This document shows, piece after piece, positions 36,450 through 48,830 of a stretch of DNA of 64,000 bases; within the stretch, counting starts at the first letter, position 1; each line of letters begins with the position of its first letter. The notes beneath the pieces were generated by a model. That model did not search any database. It saw nothing but the letters and a program-made list of their open reading frames with translations, and was not told the DNA's origin. The stretch is from positions 58,716,001 to 58,780,000 of the forward strand of contig NC_058382.1 in the NCBI RefSeq assembly GCF_018350175.1, written 5' to 3'. This stretch comes from Felis catus (taxonomy: Eukaryota). Position numbers and translations under genes: made by a program.

Positions 36450-36750
36450 TCACTTCCCAGCACCCTTTGCCGTTGAGCTGGGCCGTGGGACTGGCTATGG
36501 CCAGTGGGCTGTGAGGAGCCATGTGCCCCTTCCTGGGCTGTGCATTTACTTGCCTGCATAAGGCCCTTCGGGACAATCTTCCCCGTCCTGCGGCAAACCC
36601 TACACTTGACGGGAGGCTACAGCCGTGGGACGGAAGCACCCTGGGGGCCGCTGCCCACACGGAGGAGTCCTGACCTGGAGAGCCGCCCAGGCTGGCACAC
36701 ACATATAATCTCCGTTGTGTGTCCGGCCACTAAAATGTTGGGGTTCTAGC
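36450..36750 (+). mobile_element. MLT1I/J-like MaLR LTR
   Basis: acttcccagcaccctttgccgtt...tggccagtgggctgtgag...gcatttacttgcc...gccactaaaatgttgggg. Confidence 0.7.
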
Positions 36751-37734
36751 CGCAAAACGGTCCCACCCGTCCCCACCCGCCGCCTAATATTTCCCCTTAG
36801 TGAACCCACGGTTTCACCTAGTGAATTTGTTTCAGAAACTCAATACCGCTCCTATAAACTGACTTTGGGCTGGATGTGGCGCTCACGGAGGCCGGCCGCT
36901 CTGTTCTCAGGGGGTGTGTGGGGCAAGTGCTTGAATCGTCCTGGAGTCAAAGAAGGAGTCTTTCTACTTGGCTCAGTAACTCCCGTGCCCTTTGCCACCT
37001 GCCAGCTCCTGTGCACCTCACCCCTGGGGACCCACTGTCCCTCACCGGTTCGTTTCAATCATCAGGAGACCCCTGTGCTCCCCTGGCTACCACCTCCCCA
37101 CGCAGGCATTTCGTGGTATTTTCATATCCACGACTCACGCGTTCCCGTCTGTCCCCGCGGCTACATCCAGAGACGCTGGCTCATTTCTGGAAGCCGGGAG
37201 CACCTGCTTGGTTCGCAGATGTGTCTGGAGGGCCAGAGCCGGTGGGATTTCTGTCCTGCTATGGGATCATGGGAAAGAGTCTTGGCCGAAACTGGGGCGC
37301 TGGAGTCCCACGGGCTCAGCTGTCTCTGACCCCGGCAAGCAGCCTTTCCAGCCTCCCCTGGAACCTTAACCCGTCCATAACTCTCTGGTATTCATATTCT
37401 CTGGTTTATTTTGAGCAGTAGTGTTTTAATGCCAGAAAATTCCCACGTTCCCTTTAACGCCTGGTATTTCAGTTTGCTGGACGAAAAATACGCTTTGCCC
37501 TTTCTTCGGAACCGTTTTCCCTCCCGTAGAGCGTTGTGTAACAAAGTGCCGGAACACAGGTTTCTGTGTGATTTGCTCTTTTTAAAAGGGGACTCCAGGG
37601 TTTAAGTCCAGATATGCCTCAGCTTGAACCCAGGGCTGTGAAAGTTATGACAGCACAGCCTCACTTAGACTTGCGAGGAGGCACTCGGGTCTCCGGAACA
37701 CCACACGTGTGCTGGAGACAGCACCCACAAGCCC

Positions 37735-37943
37735 CGGGCGCCTGCCGTGCACCGGGCGCCCCTCTAAGGCCGGGTGCCTCAGCCAACACAGTCGCCACAA
37801 TGATCCCGTGAGGCGGGGGTTATTGCTGGTCTCACTTGAGAGAGGAGGAAAACGAGGCCCAGAGAGGTTGAGCTGCTTATCCAAGGTCACACAGTATTAG
37901 ATGGCAGAACTGGGATTCACACCCAGGCTGGGATTGATTTCAG
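37735..37943 (-). mobile_element. MIR
   Basis: gaggaaaacgaggcccagagaggttgagctgcttatccaaggtcacacag...gaactgggattcacacccagg. Confidence 0.85.
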
Positions 37944-38559
37944 AAGGAAAAGAAGTCCATCCAGGCGTCAAATCCGATGTCACTGGGGAGGGGTCAGCCA
38001 GGGGGGTCACCTTGAAGACCTGAAAGAAAACCTCTCTCAGGAGCATCGAGAGCGACTCTTCCTGTCTCTGAGAGGATGAACTAACTCTGAGGCCCTGGAG
38101 GTCCCTTCCAGCCTGAGGAGCCGACAGGGGAGAACATCAGCACAGCGCAAAAAGAAGCTTCGAGAAGAATGTCCAGGGAGGCGCCAGCCCGAGCCAGGGG
38201 GAGCGTGACGCGGGGCCACCAAAGCCGGCCGTGCCCACGGCCGCCAATGGAAGAGAACGCTAGAGACAGCCCGGGGCCGTGGAGGAGTGTGGCCCATTGC
38301 CAAGGAACGCAGGCGGCCTGAGCTGGCGGTGCTGGGGGCTGGGCCGCGGGGGGCTTTGGGGACCAGCCAAGGAGGCGTGGGGCGCGTGGGCCTGACCTCG
38401 TGGAATATGGGAGAAAGTGCGGGTGCTCCCCTGATGGGGACGGGCCTTCTGGGGAAAGTTCCAGAATTAGGGCTGGGCACAATCCTTCCGGGTGGATCCC
38501 CAGCCCAACTCAGGGTCTGGGCGTGACCCCACCCCCGACCACCGACGCGGCCCTGGCGA

Positions 38560-38710
38560 GCCTCCAGTTTCCCGTGTGACCTCAGTTTCCTCATCTCTAG
38601 AATGGGAGTAGAAACAATCCCAGCCCAATAGAGCGCCGGGAGGAATCAGGGAGACATGCTTGGCCAGGGTCTGGGGCGCGCAGCGCGGCAGGCACGCTTG
38701 AACCAAGTTT
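38560..38710 (+). mobile_element. MIR fragment
   Basis: cctcagtttcctcatctctagaatggga. Confidence 0.7.
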
Positions 38711-39144
38711 TCTAGAAGAAAGTGCTGTCGCTGCTCTCGCCTGCCCCCCGCCCCCCGCCCCCGCCACGATTTCCAGCAGGGAAACTGTTAATATTTCATG
38801 AGATTGTGGTGAGGCTGAGATCTGAATTCTCAGCCAAGGGAATCAAACTTAAAAACCCCAGGGGAAGGCAGTTCAGAGGCACCGACAAACCTAACACCCT
38901 CCCGGGAACTGTCCGCACGGTGCGCTCGGCCTCTGCCTCTAAGTGCGTCTCACCAGGTGACGGAGCCCCTGTGTGGCACGCGCACTTTGAGGACGGGAAC
39001 ACTTGGAGACGCCCAGGTCACTGTCAATCAGCTCCTGAGGCTGCTGCCTGGAAGAAGCAGCCTGGGGCGGGGAGATAAAAATGCAGGGATGGGGACAGAA
39101 CTCTGGCAGGGGACGGAAAGACGACTGCTCACGACTTCAGCTTC

Positions 39145-39330
39145 TCCGTTGAGCACTTTGTTGGGGCCTCGCAGCTAATCAAGCACGATGCCTGGAAGCA
39201 CCTCTGGCTTACCAGTCGTGATCGTCCCACTCTGCACATGAAGAAACTGAGGCCAGAAAGGGCGACCCACCTCGCCCAGGGTGACAGCTAGCCAGAAGGC
39301 GTGGCAAGGCTCAGAGCCGGAAAGTTGTCT
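39145..39330 (-). mobile_element. MIR
   Basis: cccactctgcacatgaagaaactgaggccagaaaggg...gcccagggtgacagc. Confidence 0.75.
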
Positions 39331-40024
39331 GCTGATAGTTAGCGAAGCCCTAGCCTCACCACCCCCCAGGCTCAAGGGCTGAAGCAAAGAGCTAGAAGGA
39401 AGCCCCCACCCCCTGGAATCGGGGCCAAACGGCCCCAGCGCCACCCAGGTCCCTAGAGAGGCCCCGGATACTGCGCTCTGAAGTCCCAACGGGAAGTCGA
39501 ACGAACCAACCAACAAACAAACAAACACCAGACATGTCCTTGACATGATGTGGTGCTGAAATCCGGGCGGGACTGCCCGCGGGGTTCTGCGGGTGACACC
39601 GGGCGTGCCTACTAGAGCGGCTCCAAAGCAGGGGCCGTCGTGGGCTGTCACACCTTCCCAGGGCCAGAGGGAGGAGGTGACTGCTGCCTCTCTCGGGCGC
39701 AAAAGTAAACAGGGGAGGGTCTTCTCTGCAAAGCACCTCACTTCGTTACACCCGTAAGAACTGGAGAGCAAGCCTTGTCCCGGGGGAACGGCACTGCCCG
39801 TTGAACCCACGCACAGAAACCGGACCAGCTCGCTCACGGCTCCAAGCCCGCCCGCACCCCAGCAGCTGGGCTCCGCACCTGCAGGACGACAGCTGTGCGG
39901 TCACTAGCGGCACAAAGAGTCTTTAAATGCGGGAATTCTAGTGTTAGTCGGGATACGGCAGATTTTATTATAACCTCACGTGGATCTTCCTACCTGGCCC
40001 CAGAAAAAGAGGTTGGTGCAAGGA

Positions 40025-40262
40025 TTTTTCTTTTTCTTTCTTTCTTTTTTTAATGTTTATTTACTTTTGAGAGAGAGAGAGAGAGAGAGCGAGAGCGCGC
40101 GCAGGGGAAGGGCAGAGAGAGGGGGAGACACAGAATCCGAAGCAGGCTCCAGGCTCCGACCCGTCAGCGCAGAGCCCGACGCGGGGCTCGAACCCACGCA
40201 CGGTGAGATCACGACCTGAGCCGAAGTCGGACGCTTAACCGACTGAGCCACCCAGATGCCCC
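40025..40262 (-). mobile_element. Can-SINE
   Basis: gagccgaagtcggacgcttaaccgactgagccacccagatgcccc; (AG)n; T-rich tail. Confidence 0.97.
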
Positions 40263-40374
40263 TCTTTATTTTTAATGTACTTATTCTTAGCCTATCTATT
40301 ATTGTCGTTCAGATGTAAGCAAGAGCTATTGTGTCGCTCTTCCCAGAAAATATTTTAAAGTGTTGATCGGCTGA

Positions 40375-40600
40375 GAGGACTGCCTTTTGTCTCTCTCCTT
40401 CCGTCACCACCACTTTTTTCTGTCTGGAATGTGGATGCCATGGATGGGGCTCCAGCAGCCTTCTTGGGCCGTGAGACCTCAAAAAAAAAAAAGTTTGCCA
40501 AGCAGAGAAGAAAGACTTCTGAAGACCTTCATGGGGCCAATAGCCAGATCCCCCATCTTTTGGACTTTTACCCTAACGGCAAACGCAATAATATTCCAAA
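40375..40600 (+). mobile_element. LTR16/LTR33-like ERVL LTR fragment
   Basis: ttctgtctggaatgtggatgccatggatggggctccagcagccttcttg. Confidence 0.55.
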
Positions 40601-40609
40601 AGCAAACTA

Positions 40610-40790
40610 CCTGAGCTTCAATTCCAACCCTGTTGCTTCTTGCTGTGGTTGCCATTGACCACAGGCAACTCATTTTAAATTCTCCTTTGCCTCCGTTTCC
40701 TTGTCTAAAATACGGGGATTAAATGACATTACTGACCTCACAGGATCGTTACGAGGATTCGACGCGTATGTGTACATCGGCAGTAGTAAA
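40610..40790 (+). mobile_element. MIR
   Basis: tttgcctccgtttccttgtctaaaatacggggat...acctcacaggatcgttacgaggatt. Confidence 0.75.
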
Positions 40791-40810
40791 GCTATACGCA
40801 CACGTGTTTA

Positions 40811-40834
40811 TTTTTTACTTATCTATTTTTTCGT
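40811..40834 (-). mobile_element. Tail-only retrotransposon insertion
   Basis: 24-nt T-rich insert between perfect 16-bp direct repeats TACGCACACGTGTTTA. Confidence 0.7.
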
Positions 40835-41624
40835 TACGCACACGTGTTTAAAGAAATACAATACCCCCCCCCCCGGGGTGACCTACAGAGACCATCAAAT
40901 GGCTCCTGCTTCTGAGACTCCTGCACTCTCCTGGGGTCATTTTTTCTTCTGCTTGGTTTTCCATCTTTGTGGCTGGTTGTTGGGCTGGGCACTCTACAGC
41001 GAGTTCTCTTTCCCTAAGTCGACCACGAGTGCAGGGTTCACCCAGCACAGCCCTCAAGCCTCTGCCAGCTCTGTGTCACTGCAGACGGTCAAGGTTGCCA
41101 GGACCAAGAGTAGGAAGCCTTCGCCATCGTCAGGCTGGGCGAGCCCACCCTCGGAGCCTTGTTCGTGCATTCGTGGACGGCTCGGATGAGTTCGTCACCG
41201 TGCACGGTCTGGCCGAGCAGGCCTGCCGTCACCACCCAGGGCAGAGGGAGTGCCCCTGGGACAGACTGCCACCTCTCAGGTGGGGTCTTCCCCACCCGGA
41301 CCCCATCTCCAGCTGCCGGCTAAGGTTCCTTCTCATAACAGCCCCGCTTTGGCTGCCGGTGACAGCAGGCGCCCGGGTCTCCTTTTGCTGAGAACCAAAC
41401 CTTCCCGGCAATTCAAGGAGCTGGAGCTGGGCAACATCCGGGGGCGGGGGGTGGGTGCTTCTGGGACATTCCCTGAGTCTCGCATGGGGCGGTCCTAAGT
41501 GTGGAAGTCGCCATGAGTCTGTGAGTCCTTCACTTTTGTTTACTTCTTAGGAGCATCTTCTATGGAGGGCTGGTCTGGGAGAGCCTTGGTGCCTGAGAAA
41601 GGCGGCCAGATTTCCTGGGGACTG

Positions 41625-42225
41625 TTTTAATTTGGGATCCTGCCCAAGAGATGCAGAGACAGAATTTAAGTGAAGTCTGTTTGGTTGATGATCCCAGGAA
41701 ACATCATGGGTGAGTGGTGAAGGGAGACGGGGGCAGAGGGCGGCCCACAGAGGGCGGGTCATTGGGCCACTGAGCTCAGTCCTGCTACGGAGACTCTGGG
41801 ACCCAGTGTACATGAGTGCTCAGTTACCCCCGCAGAGGCAGCTGGGTATTTATCAAAGGGCTCCATTGCCAAGAGAGATGGAGAGAGAGAGAGAAAGAGA
41901 GGGAGATAGAGACAGAGAGAGGGAGATAGAGAGAGGGAGAGGGAGATAGAGACAGAGAGAGAGAGAGATTGGAGAGATAGGGAGAGAGAGAGGGAGATAG
42001 AGACAGAGAGAGGGAGATAGAGAGAGAGATAAAGAGATGGATAGATTGGAGCGATAGGGAGAGAGAGAGAGGGGGGGGGAGAGACTGACTGAACACCCAG
42101 GACTTCTAGATTGCCGTGCAGGCAAAGACCAGAGGCAGCCCCAGGAGAAGGAAAGCTGGGCAGGTGCACCCTGACGTGGTGAGGGTGAAGGGGTCCAGGT
42201 AGGTGGGATCTGCTATGGGGACAGG
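41625..42225 (-). mobile_element. LTR16-like ERVL LTR interrupted by a GA-rich microsatellite
   Basis: tgatcccaggaaacatcatgggtgagtgg...actgagctcagtcctgc...gcagctgggtatttatc. Confidence 0.7.
41871..42085. repeat. Polypurine (GA/GATA/GGGA)n array
   Basis: Read directly; recurring gagggagatagagacagagaga unit. Confidence 0.95.
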
Positions 42226-44064
42226 TGGCAGGAGACCAGGGAGGGGCAGTGAGACCCGTCCATTCTAACTTGGGACACGTCCTTCGGGACACGATGGTAA
42301 CATCACAGAGCACATTTAGGGCCCTTAGTCGGCAGAAAGGAAACCAAACTCTGACCTCGAGGTCGGCTCCCCTCAGGGGATTTCTTCTTCTGTCGGAGGG
42401 GAGGTTTGTCCTGGTTTGTGAATCCAAAGTCTGGAGCCCAGAGCTCCAGCTGCCTGCCCATCCTCACCCGCAGCCCCGGCTCCCCCGGTTCAAGGCCACG
42501 CCTCTGTCCAAGGTGCAGGCACGGGAGAGGTGGGCCCCTCCCCACGGGCCTTCTCGCCCACCCGCGTGCTTGTTTGGTGACCGGCCGGGCTCCCCTGCGG
42601 CTGTGCGGGCTCCGGTAGGGAGGGGCTGCGAGGGGGGGCTCCGAAGCAGTGGCAGGCTCACGGCGACTGTTTTTGGAACGAATGGATGAGTGAGTGAGGG
42701 CGTCACACGTGCACCTTGGCCTCAGGCGGCTCGCCCCCTGGAGCCCTCTGCAGAAGGAGTCTGTGTTCACAGGAAGGGGAGAGAAGCCAGAGGGGCGGGA
42801 AGCTTGTCTGGTCTGTGTCCAGATCCCCTTGAACTGACGGAGGCCCTTGCTCCCGCCCCGCCCAGTCGTGCGGCAGAAGGTTCTCGGAACGGAGACAGGT
42901 GATGGCTCCACTTCCCCAGCCCCTGGACCAGGTCCCCCGCTGGCCCTCCAGGCAGAGGCCAGGTGTCCCCGGAGCAGCCACTGAAGACTTCTCTCCAAGC
43001 GGAGCCCGTGAAGTAAAACGACCAGCCCAAGGTCACTGACCAGGAAGTGGCAGGGCCAGCGCTCCAGCCGCGAGAGCCCCGTGGCCCCGTCTCCACTAAC
43101 AGGCTCTCCCTAAACGGCCAGCTGCGGAAGCGGAGGTCAAGGCCGGGCTGAGCGGCCGGTCGGGCTGCCCGGGAGGGGTGCTGATGCTCCCCTGTGCCGC
43201 CGGTCCCCCTCCCTCTGGCATGAGCCAAATCAGAGGGGCGTCTTACACCCATCGTGTGGATGATGAAATGAGGGCCCGCAAACTTAAGTGGCTCCCCCAG
43301 ATGACAGAGCAGGGGCGGAGGGGGGTCAGGGTCTAAACACAGGGCTTCCTGACCAGCCAGTCACCCTCAGACCTAGCCCGTCCGGGTGCAAAGTCAGCCT
43401 TAAAACTCGTGACCCTTTTGAAAGAAAGAGCCGCCTTAGAGATAGCAGGTCACTGAGTGTTTTGTCCTCCCCGGCACGTCAAAGCAAAACGAACTCAACA
43501 TAGCTCCGCAGCAGGGCCGTGAAACACGGCAACCTCTGTCCAAGGGGGGGCTACAGATTGTGGCTCCTTCACGGGCACGCCTGCGGAGAGCCCTGGCTGG
43601 GCCCCATTCTGCTCCCCAGGACCGACGTGTCAGCCGGGGGCCGTCTGCCTGGGTCTCTTCACGACGGATCCAGGTGACCCTGGCTCACGAGGAAGGGGAC
43701 CCACAGCGCGGAGCCACCGGGCCCCGGGGTGAGAGTTCCCGGTACCACCAAGCTGACCCGTCCTGTCTGTGGAGGCCAAATGTGTCCTCAAGACCCGAGC
43801 GCGGGGCTCTGTCCGCCACCACAGGGAGAACTTAGCATGAGGCCCAGAGAGACAGGCGACCTGCCTGTCAGTCTTGCCAGCTGCCCCCGGCGGTTTGCAC
43901 CCTTCTTTGCTACCGGGACCCCGGTGTCGCCCCAGATTCCTCTGCAGGGACAGGTGGCTCTGTGATGCCCTTCTGGCCAACGAGGCATAAACTGAGGGTT
44001 TCCGGGAGACCCCCCTCTCTCCGCCCTTCTAGTTGTCTGAAATAGTGCTGGGTAGCGAGATGGA

Positions 44065-44260
44065 GGAGTGTGGTTGTGAACCGAATCGCCTGGAGCCAGA
44101 CCCCTGCCATTTACCAGTCCTGTCGCTTCTGCATAACCCCCCCCCCCCCCAGGCTTCGGTGCCCTTGTCATAAAAGAGCTCCTTCCTCACAGCTTGCTGG
44201 GGGCATTAAGTGAGCTAATATGTACAAGCCCTTGGAACAGCAGCTGGCCAATAGGAAGGC
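44065..44260 (+). mobile_element. MIR
   Basis: cctggagccaga...gccatttaccag...gcattaagtgagctaatatgtacaagcccttggaacag. Confidence 0.65.
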
Positions 44261-44649
44261 TGTGAGGAGGCTGGAGGCCAGGCAGCCCTTTCACAACCAC
44301 GAGGCAGACAGGCTCTGACAGCAGGGCCATCCCACTCTCCCTCGACAGTCTTGCTGTGGGAGACCAAATGCTCATTAGTTAGCTGAGCTTGTATGAACAG
44401 CGCTCATTTGTTTCCGATAAACATGCCGAAGCCAGGCTTGCCCTTGTCGAGGGCTGCACAAAGAGAACTGGCTGGGGTTTGAAAACCGGCGGGGATCGTG
44501 TGGCGTGTGTAGAGGCCGGCCTGACGGGCAGCGCTGAACTGCTGTGTCGGGGGACATGTCACACAGCTCACTGGTGACCTTCACAATTAGCCAGGCATCT
44601 CGTTAAGTTACCTGGAAACCACAGTCCCCACACCACGGCTCCTTTCGGT

Positions 44650-44860
44650 GTCGTGGTGGAGACCAGAACTTCTGCAGGCTCAGTGCTCGGGGCCCTGGTT
44701 CCACTCTTTGCTGGCAACGGCCTTGGTCTTTGTGCCTCAGTGTCCTCATCTGGGAAACGGGGATGATCATTATCGCACCTCATCCAGTGTTGTTAGGATC
44801 TGATGAGTTAATCCGTGGAAACACATGGAATGTCCGCGCACAGTAGGTGCTCAGGCGATC
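44650..44860 (+). mobile_element. MIR
   Basis: tgtgcctcagtgtcctcatctgggaaacggggatgatc...gatgagttaat...cacagtaggtgctca. Confidence 0.8.
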
Positions 44861-45075
44861 TTTGCTTCAATATGTTGCCAGCGGTCTGTGCAGTGATGCG
44901 CCCAAGGCCATCCTGCCGGGAACTAGATGAACCCCAGTCTGAGTAACGCCCCCCGCCCCCGCCCCCGCCCCCGGCAGCCGGTGAGTCTGAAGATCCTGCT
45001 TCTCCACTAAAGCACCTGCGGCCTCTCCCCGGACTCAGGGCTGCTTCCAGCTCCACCTCCATCTACATCTGTGGC

Positions 45076-45283
45076 TTTTTTTTTATGTTCATTTATTTTC
45101 AAAAGAGAGAGGGACAGAGCACGAGCCAGTTAGGGGCAGCGAGAGAGGGAGACACAATCTGAAGCAGGCTGCAGGCTCCGAGCAGTCAGCACAGAGCCCG
45201 ACACGGGGTTCGAACCCATGAACCGTGAGATCAGGACCTGGGCCGAAATCGGACACTTAGCCGCCTGAGCCACCAGGGGCCCC
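45076..45283 (-). mobile_element. Can-SINE
   Basis: gacacggggttcgaacccatgaaccgtgagatc...gagccaccaggggcccc; TSD core tgtggcttt. Confidence 0.93.
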
Positions 45284-45409
45284 ATAGAATTGTGGCTTTG
45301 GCCAAGCGTCCAGCCCTACCTGAGCCTCAATGACCCATCTGTAGACAGATCAGGTCATTCCCGGAGGTGTTCCAAGCACCGAATGCACACTTTTCCAACA
45401 GAAGGAGCA

Positions 45410-45770
45410 GCACCCCCCCCCGCAAGATGGGCCACGACCCCATGTCCCATCCCCCACCCCCCAGGCAGCCTTGCTCTCTTCCTACTGAGAGGTCAGGCCT
45501 ATGTCCCCTCCCCCTGAATCTGGGGCTTTGGGACGCTTCGTTCGGTTGAGTGCGGTGGGAATGCCGCTGCGCCTTCCGAGCGAGGCCAGATCACGGCACC
45601 GCGGGCAGCTCTCCCGGGGTCCTCTCGGGACGCTGGCCCTGGGGGAGCTGGCTGTTGCTGGAGACACCCAACACCGAGGCCACTGCGCCGGAGGGGCCAC
45701 GAGTGCTCCAATCCACAGCTCAGCACCGAGATGCCCCAGGGAGAGGCCCCCAGCTGAGCCCTTCCTGTAT
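45410..45770 (+). mobile_element. MLT1F/G-like MaLR LTR
   Basis: aagatgggccacgac...gagaggtcaggcctatgtcccctccccctgaatctggg...ctctcgggacgctggccctgggggag. Confidence 0.75.
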
Positions 45771-47289
45771 TTCTCCCAGCCTGCGGCCTGTGGTTGGGGG
45801 GAGGGTGCACGGAGCACGCTGTGCCGGAGCCTTTGTGGGGGACGGGGCGGGGGGTGGAGGGGCACAATGGAGAGCTGGGTGTGTGGAGGGGCCAGCAGCA
45901 GGGATGGGGGGTGGGGAGGGTCACATTCCACTCCTTTTGGGCACCAGGGCGGTGCAGGGCAGGGACACACAGGAGCTAGCTAGCGAGGAGGGAGGTCAGA
46001 GTGACACCGGAGCCCCTGCCGCCTCCCTCCCCTGCTCGGCTTGCCGCTCGGTCCCTCCCTCTCCCCCTCCTCCCCACTAAGGTGCTCCCTGGCCTCTGAC
46101 ACTCACTGCTCATCGAGCACTCCCTTCACTACCCAGGAGATTCTCTGCACCCTTCACACTTCCTTCCTGCCTTCTCCCTCCACGTGGCCTCCCCTCCCCA
46201 CACCCCCCCCACTGGCTATGGGGCACCCCCACCCTCCCAAATCCCCCGATTGCCCCCCACCTCCAGAGTCGGGCCTCAAAGGTGAAGGGGAAGGTCGGGG
46301 CTTGCTGGGGGAGGGGTGGCACAGTTGCGTCCTCCGGCTCCACGGGACAGGGGAGCCCTGGGGCCACCGCAACTGCCCCCCTTAGACCACCTCTCACCGG
46401 GCAAGATCATTGCCAGCTTCCCTTTGGAATAAAAAGACCGCGGTAGGGGGGGTGGCCAGATTGAGCCTTGACTCAATCACCATCTGAGCCTGTGATAGCG
46501 AACATTTTAAAGTTGGGGACAGAAACGCCTAAGAGGGAAGAGTTAGAATTACGGAGAATCCCACTTTGTCCAGTGGGTGTTGTCCCTGGAAAGGGAGGGA
46601 GCCCGAGATGGCGCCATTGCTGGGGTGGGGGGAGGGGGCTTGTGTTTCAGGTCAGAACAACACGGGCCGCAGTTTACCTGGCAGAGGTCAGCCCTCCAGG
46701 TTTGTTCTCCCAGAAGACGGACTTGGAAGCCCTGACTTTTCCCACACTGGGTTCTGGGGGCTCTCAGAGGAGGGGAGGGGCCTGGCAGCCACAGTATGCG
46801 GGACCTGGTTGCTCAGGGGTGTGGACCCCGGTGCTCCTGTTACTGGAGCCCCAGTGGTGGCAGAGCCCCAGGGGAGCCGGGAGCTGCCCCTGAACGTGCA
46901 CCCTTCTCATCCCAGAACTGAGATTCCCTCGCCCTGACTTTGCTGGGAGGCTCTGCTTGATCAAGGAGCCTTGGAAGGAAGCGCTACTGGCTCCCCTAAG
47001 ACTCAGCCCTCCTGGCCTGGGTCTGGGACAATCCCAGGGCAGGGGGGCGGGGCAGGGGACCTCCGAAGTCTCCCCTGGTCGCCTCCTGGAGCCCTGAAAC
47101 TCCCCTGCTCTAGCTGCTTTGATCTGCTCCCTCCCACCCCCCAGGTGGCGTTGGCTCGGACACAGGACTTCAGAATCAAGAGCCGGGGGGAAATCACGCC
47201 AGGGTCGCTCATCCTCGCAGCCTCCCAGAGCCCGTGGGCCCCGAGGTGCCCTTTGCCCGGGAGGCGGCGCTGAGCACAGAGACTCACAC

Positions 47290-47680
47290 GGGGAGGGGAC
47301 TGGGGTAGCAGTTCGAAGCAGTTTTCTGCTCCCAGGCCGTGAAGAATTACATTGTAGAAAATCAGGGAAGGGGGGGGGGAGGGAGGGAATGTTCAAGCAA
47401 TTACATAAAGTAATTTGCAAAACCTGCACATGCACAGGTCGCCCTGTTTTTATAAGGATGAGAGAAAATAAATAATGGTAGTAACAGTAGCTAATGCTCT
47501 CACTGCTCGTCCCTGACGTGTGTGTGCGTGCGTGTAATTTGCACACAAAAGTACCAGGACGTGAAAAGCTGGTAGCTCTTGGGGGTGCTCTTGGGGGTGC
47601 CTTTTCCCCTCCTTTTTGTGATGCGGCACTTTCCAGATGTTCTACGACAAACACAGGGCACTTTGCAAACCGTTTCCATG
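47290..47680 (+). mobile_element. L1ME-type 3' fragment
   Basis: Weak similarity: aatgttcaagc...tttgcaaaacc...ccctgtttttataa...tttccagatgttctac. Confidence 0.4.
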
Positions 47681-48689
47681 ATTCGTTTCTTAAGACTCCC
47701 GAAAAGTCGAGGCTCAGCAGCCCCCCTGCAATAGAGAGACGCCGACATGGGGATCGAAGCCCTCAAAGCTGAGGCCGGCCGTTTCGGGCCCGGCTCCCCT
47801 CCCTCCCCCAGGACCAGCCGGGTCCCGCCTGGTCCCTCCGCGGCGGCGTTCAGCCCACTGCGGTCGGTCGGGCTTTCCTGGAGCAGCTTAGCGGAGGCCT
47901 CGGCGCGTCCCAGGTGCTCAATACGTGATGTTAAATAAAGCTTTCTCTAAAGGATGTTTCACCACCTCCCCCAGCGGCATCCAAGCCCAACACGAGCCTT
48001 CCCGCCTCTGAGATGGCCCTCTCCCTCCTGGACACTATCTGTTCCTCCGGGGGGAGGACGGCACACGACACAGCGGAGACCCTCTGGGACCGAGCCCGGA
48101 GCCAGAGGCGGTGCACGGCCCGTCCCACCTGGAAGGAGGTGTGGGGCCCCCACATTCCGGGTCAGGGGACCAAGTCTCCGAGAAGCCCAAGCCGGCCCCC
48201 CAAGCCACACAGAAGCCTTCCCTGTCTCTGTTCCTGCTCCCCTCCCCGTCTGTCTTCATGACGGATACGCTCTGCTCAGGAAGCTACCCTGTGCCACCGA
48301 ATAATTACACTGTTGTTGTTGTCGTCGTTGTTGCTGTTTTAAGTGAATCGGTCGCCCAGCTCCGTTAAAGCCGGCAGGCCGCGGGCCCCCGAAGCCAGCA
48401 CCGCAGACAGCCCGCACGGACAGGACCTGTCTGGATCTTAGCAAAACAGAGCTCTCCCTCGGAGGGCGAGGGGCTGGCTTTAAGAATGGTATCGTTTCAC
48501 TGAAGGAAAAAAAAAAAAGAAGACAGGCCCAACTGTTTGGTCAGCAGCGAAATCAATTTATAAATGACCCTTCCCGTGTGTCCTGTAAACTTTCCCTTCT
48601 CCAGACTCCGAGGGTCTGGGTTCCGGGAACATTTTGTTTAAAAAAAAAAATCATACGTTAAGTAAAGCGAGGAAAACGTTCTGTCGTCA

Positions 48690-48830
48690 ACATCGTAAGC
48701 GAAGTGTACATTCCCCGTGAAATGCGCGACTCGTTTCCATAAAACTGTTCCCGGAGTGTTAATGCGTGAGTCCCGAGGGCAGCCACTGCCACGCCCGGGG
48801 TGACCGTGCCACGTTGATGCAGAAGCGACC
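48690..48830 (-). mobile_element. L1MB/MC 3' end, GC-shifted
   Basis: gtgtacattccccgtgaaatgcgcgactc...gcagccactgccac. Confidence 0.45.

Noticed and set aside
38011..38019. Minus-strand 9-nt microexon-like pattern ttttctttcag|GTCTTCAAG|gtgacc
   Set aside because: Weak donor, opposite to the inferred transcription strand, and expected by chance in 64 kb.
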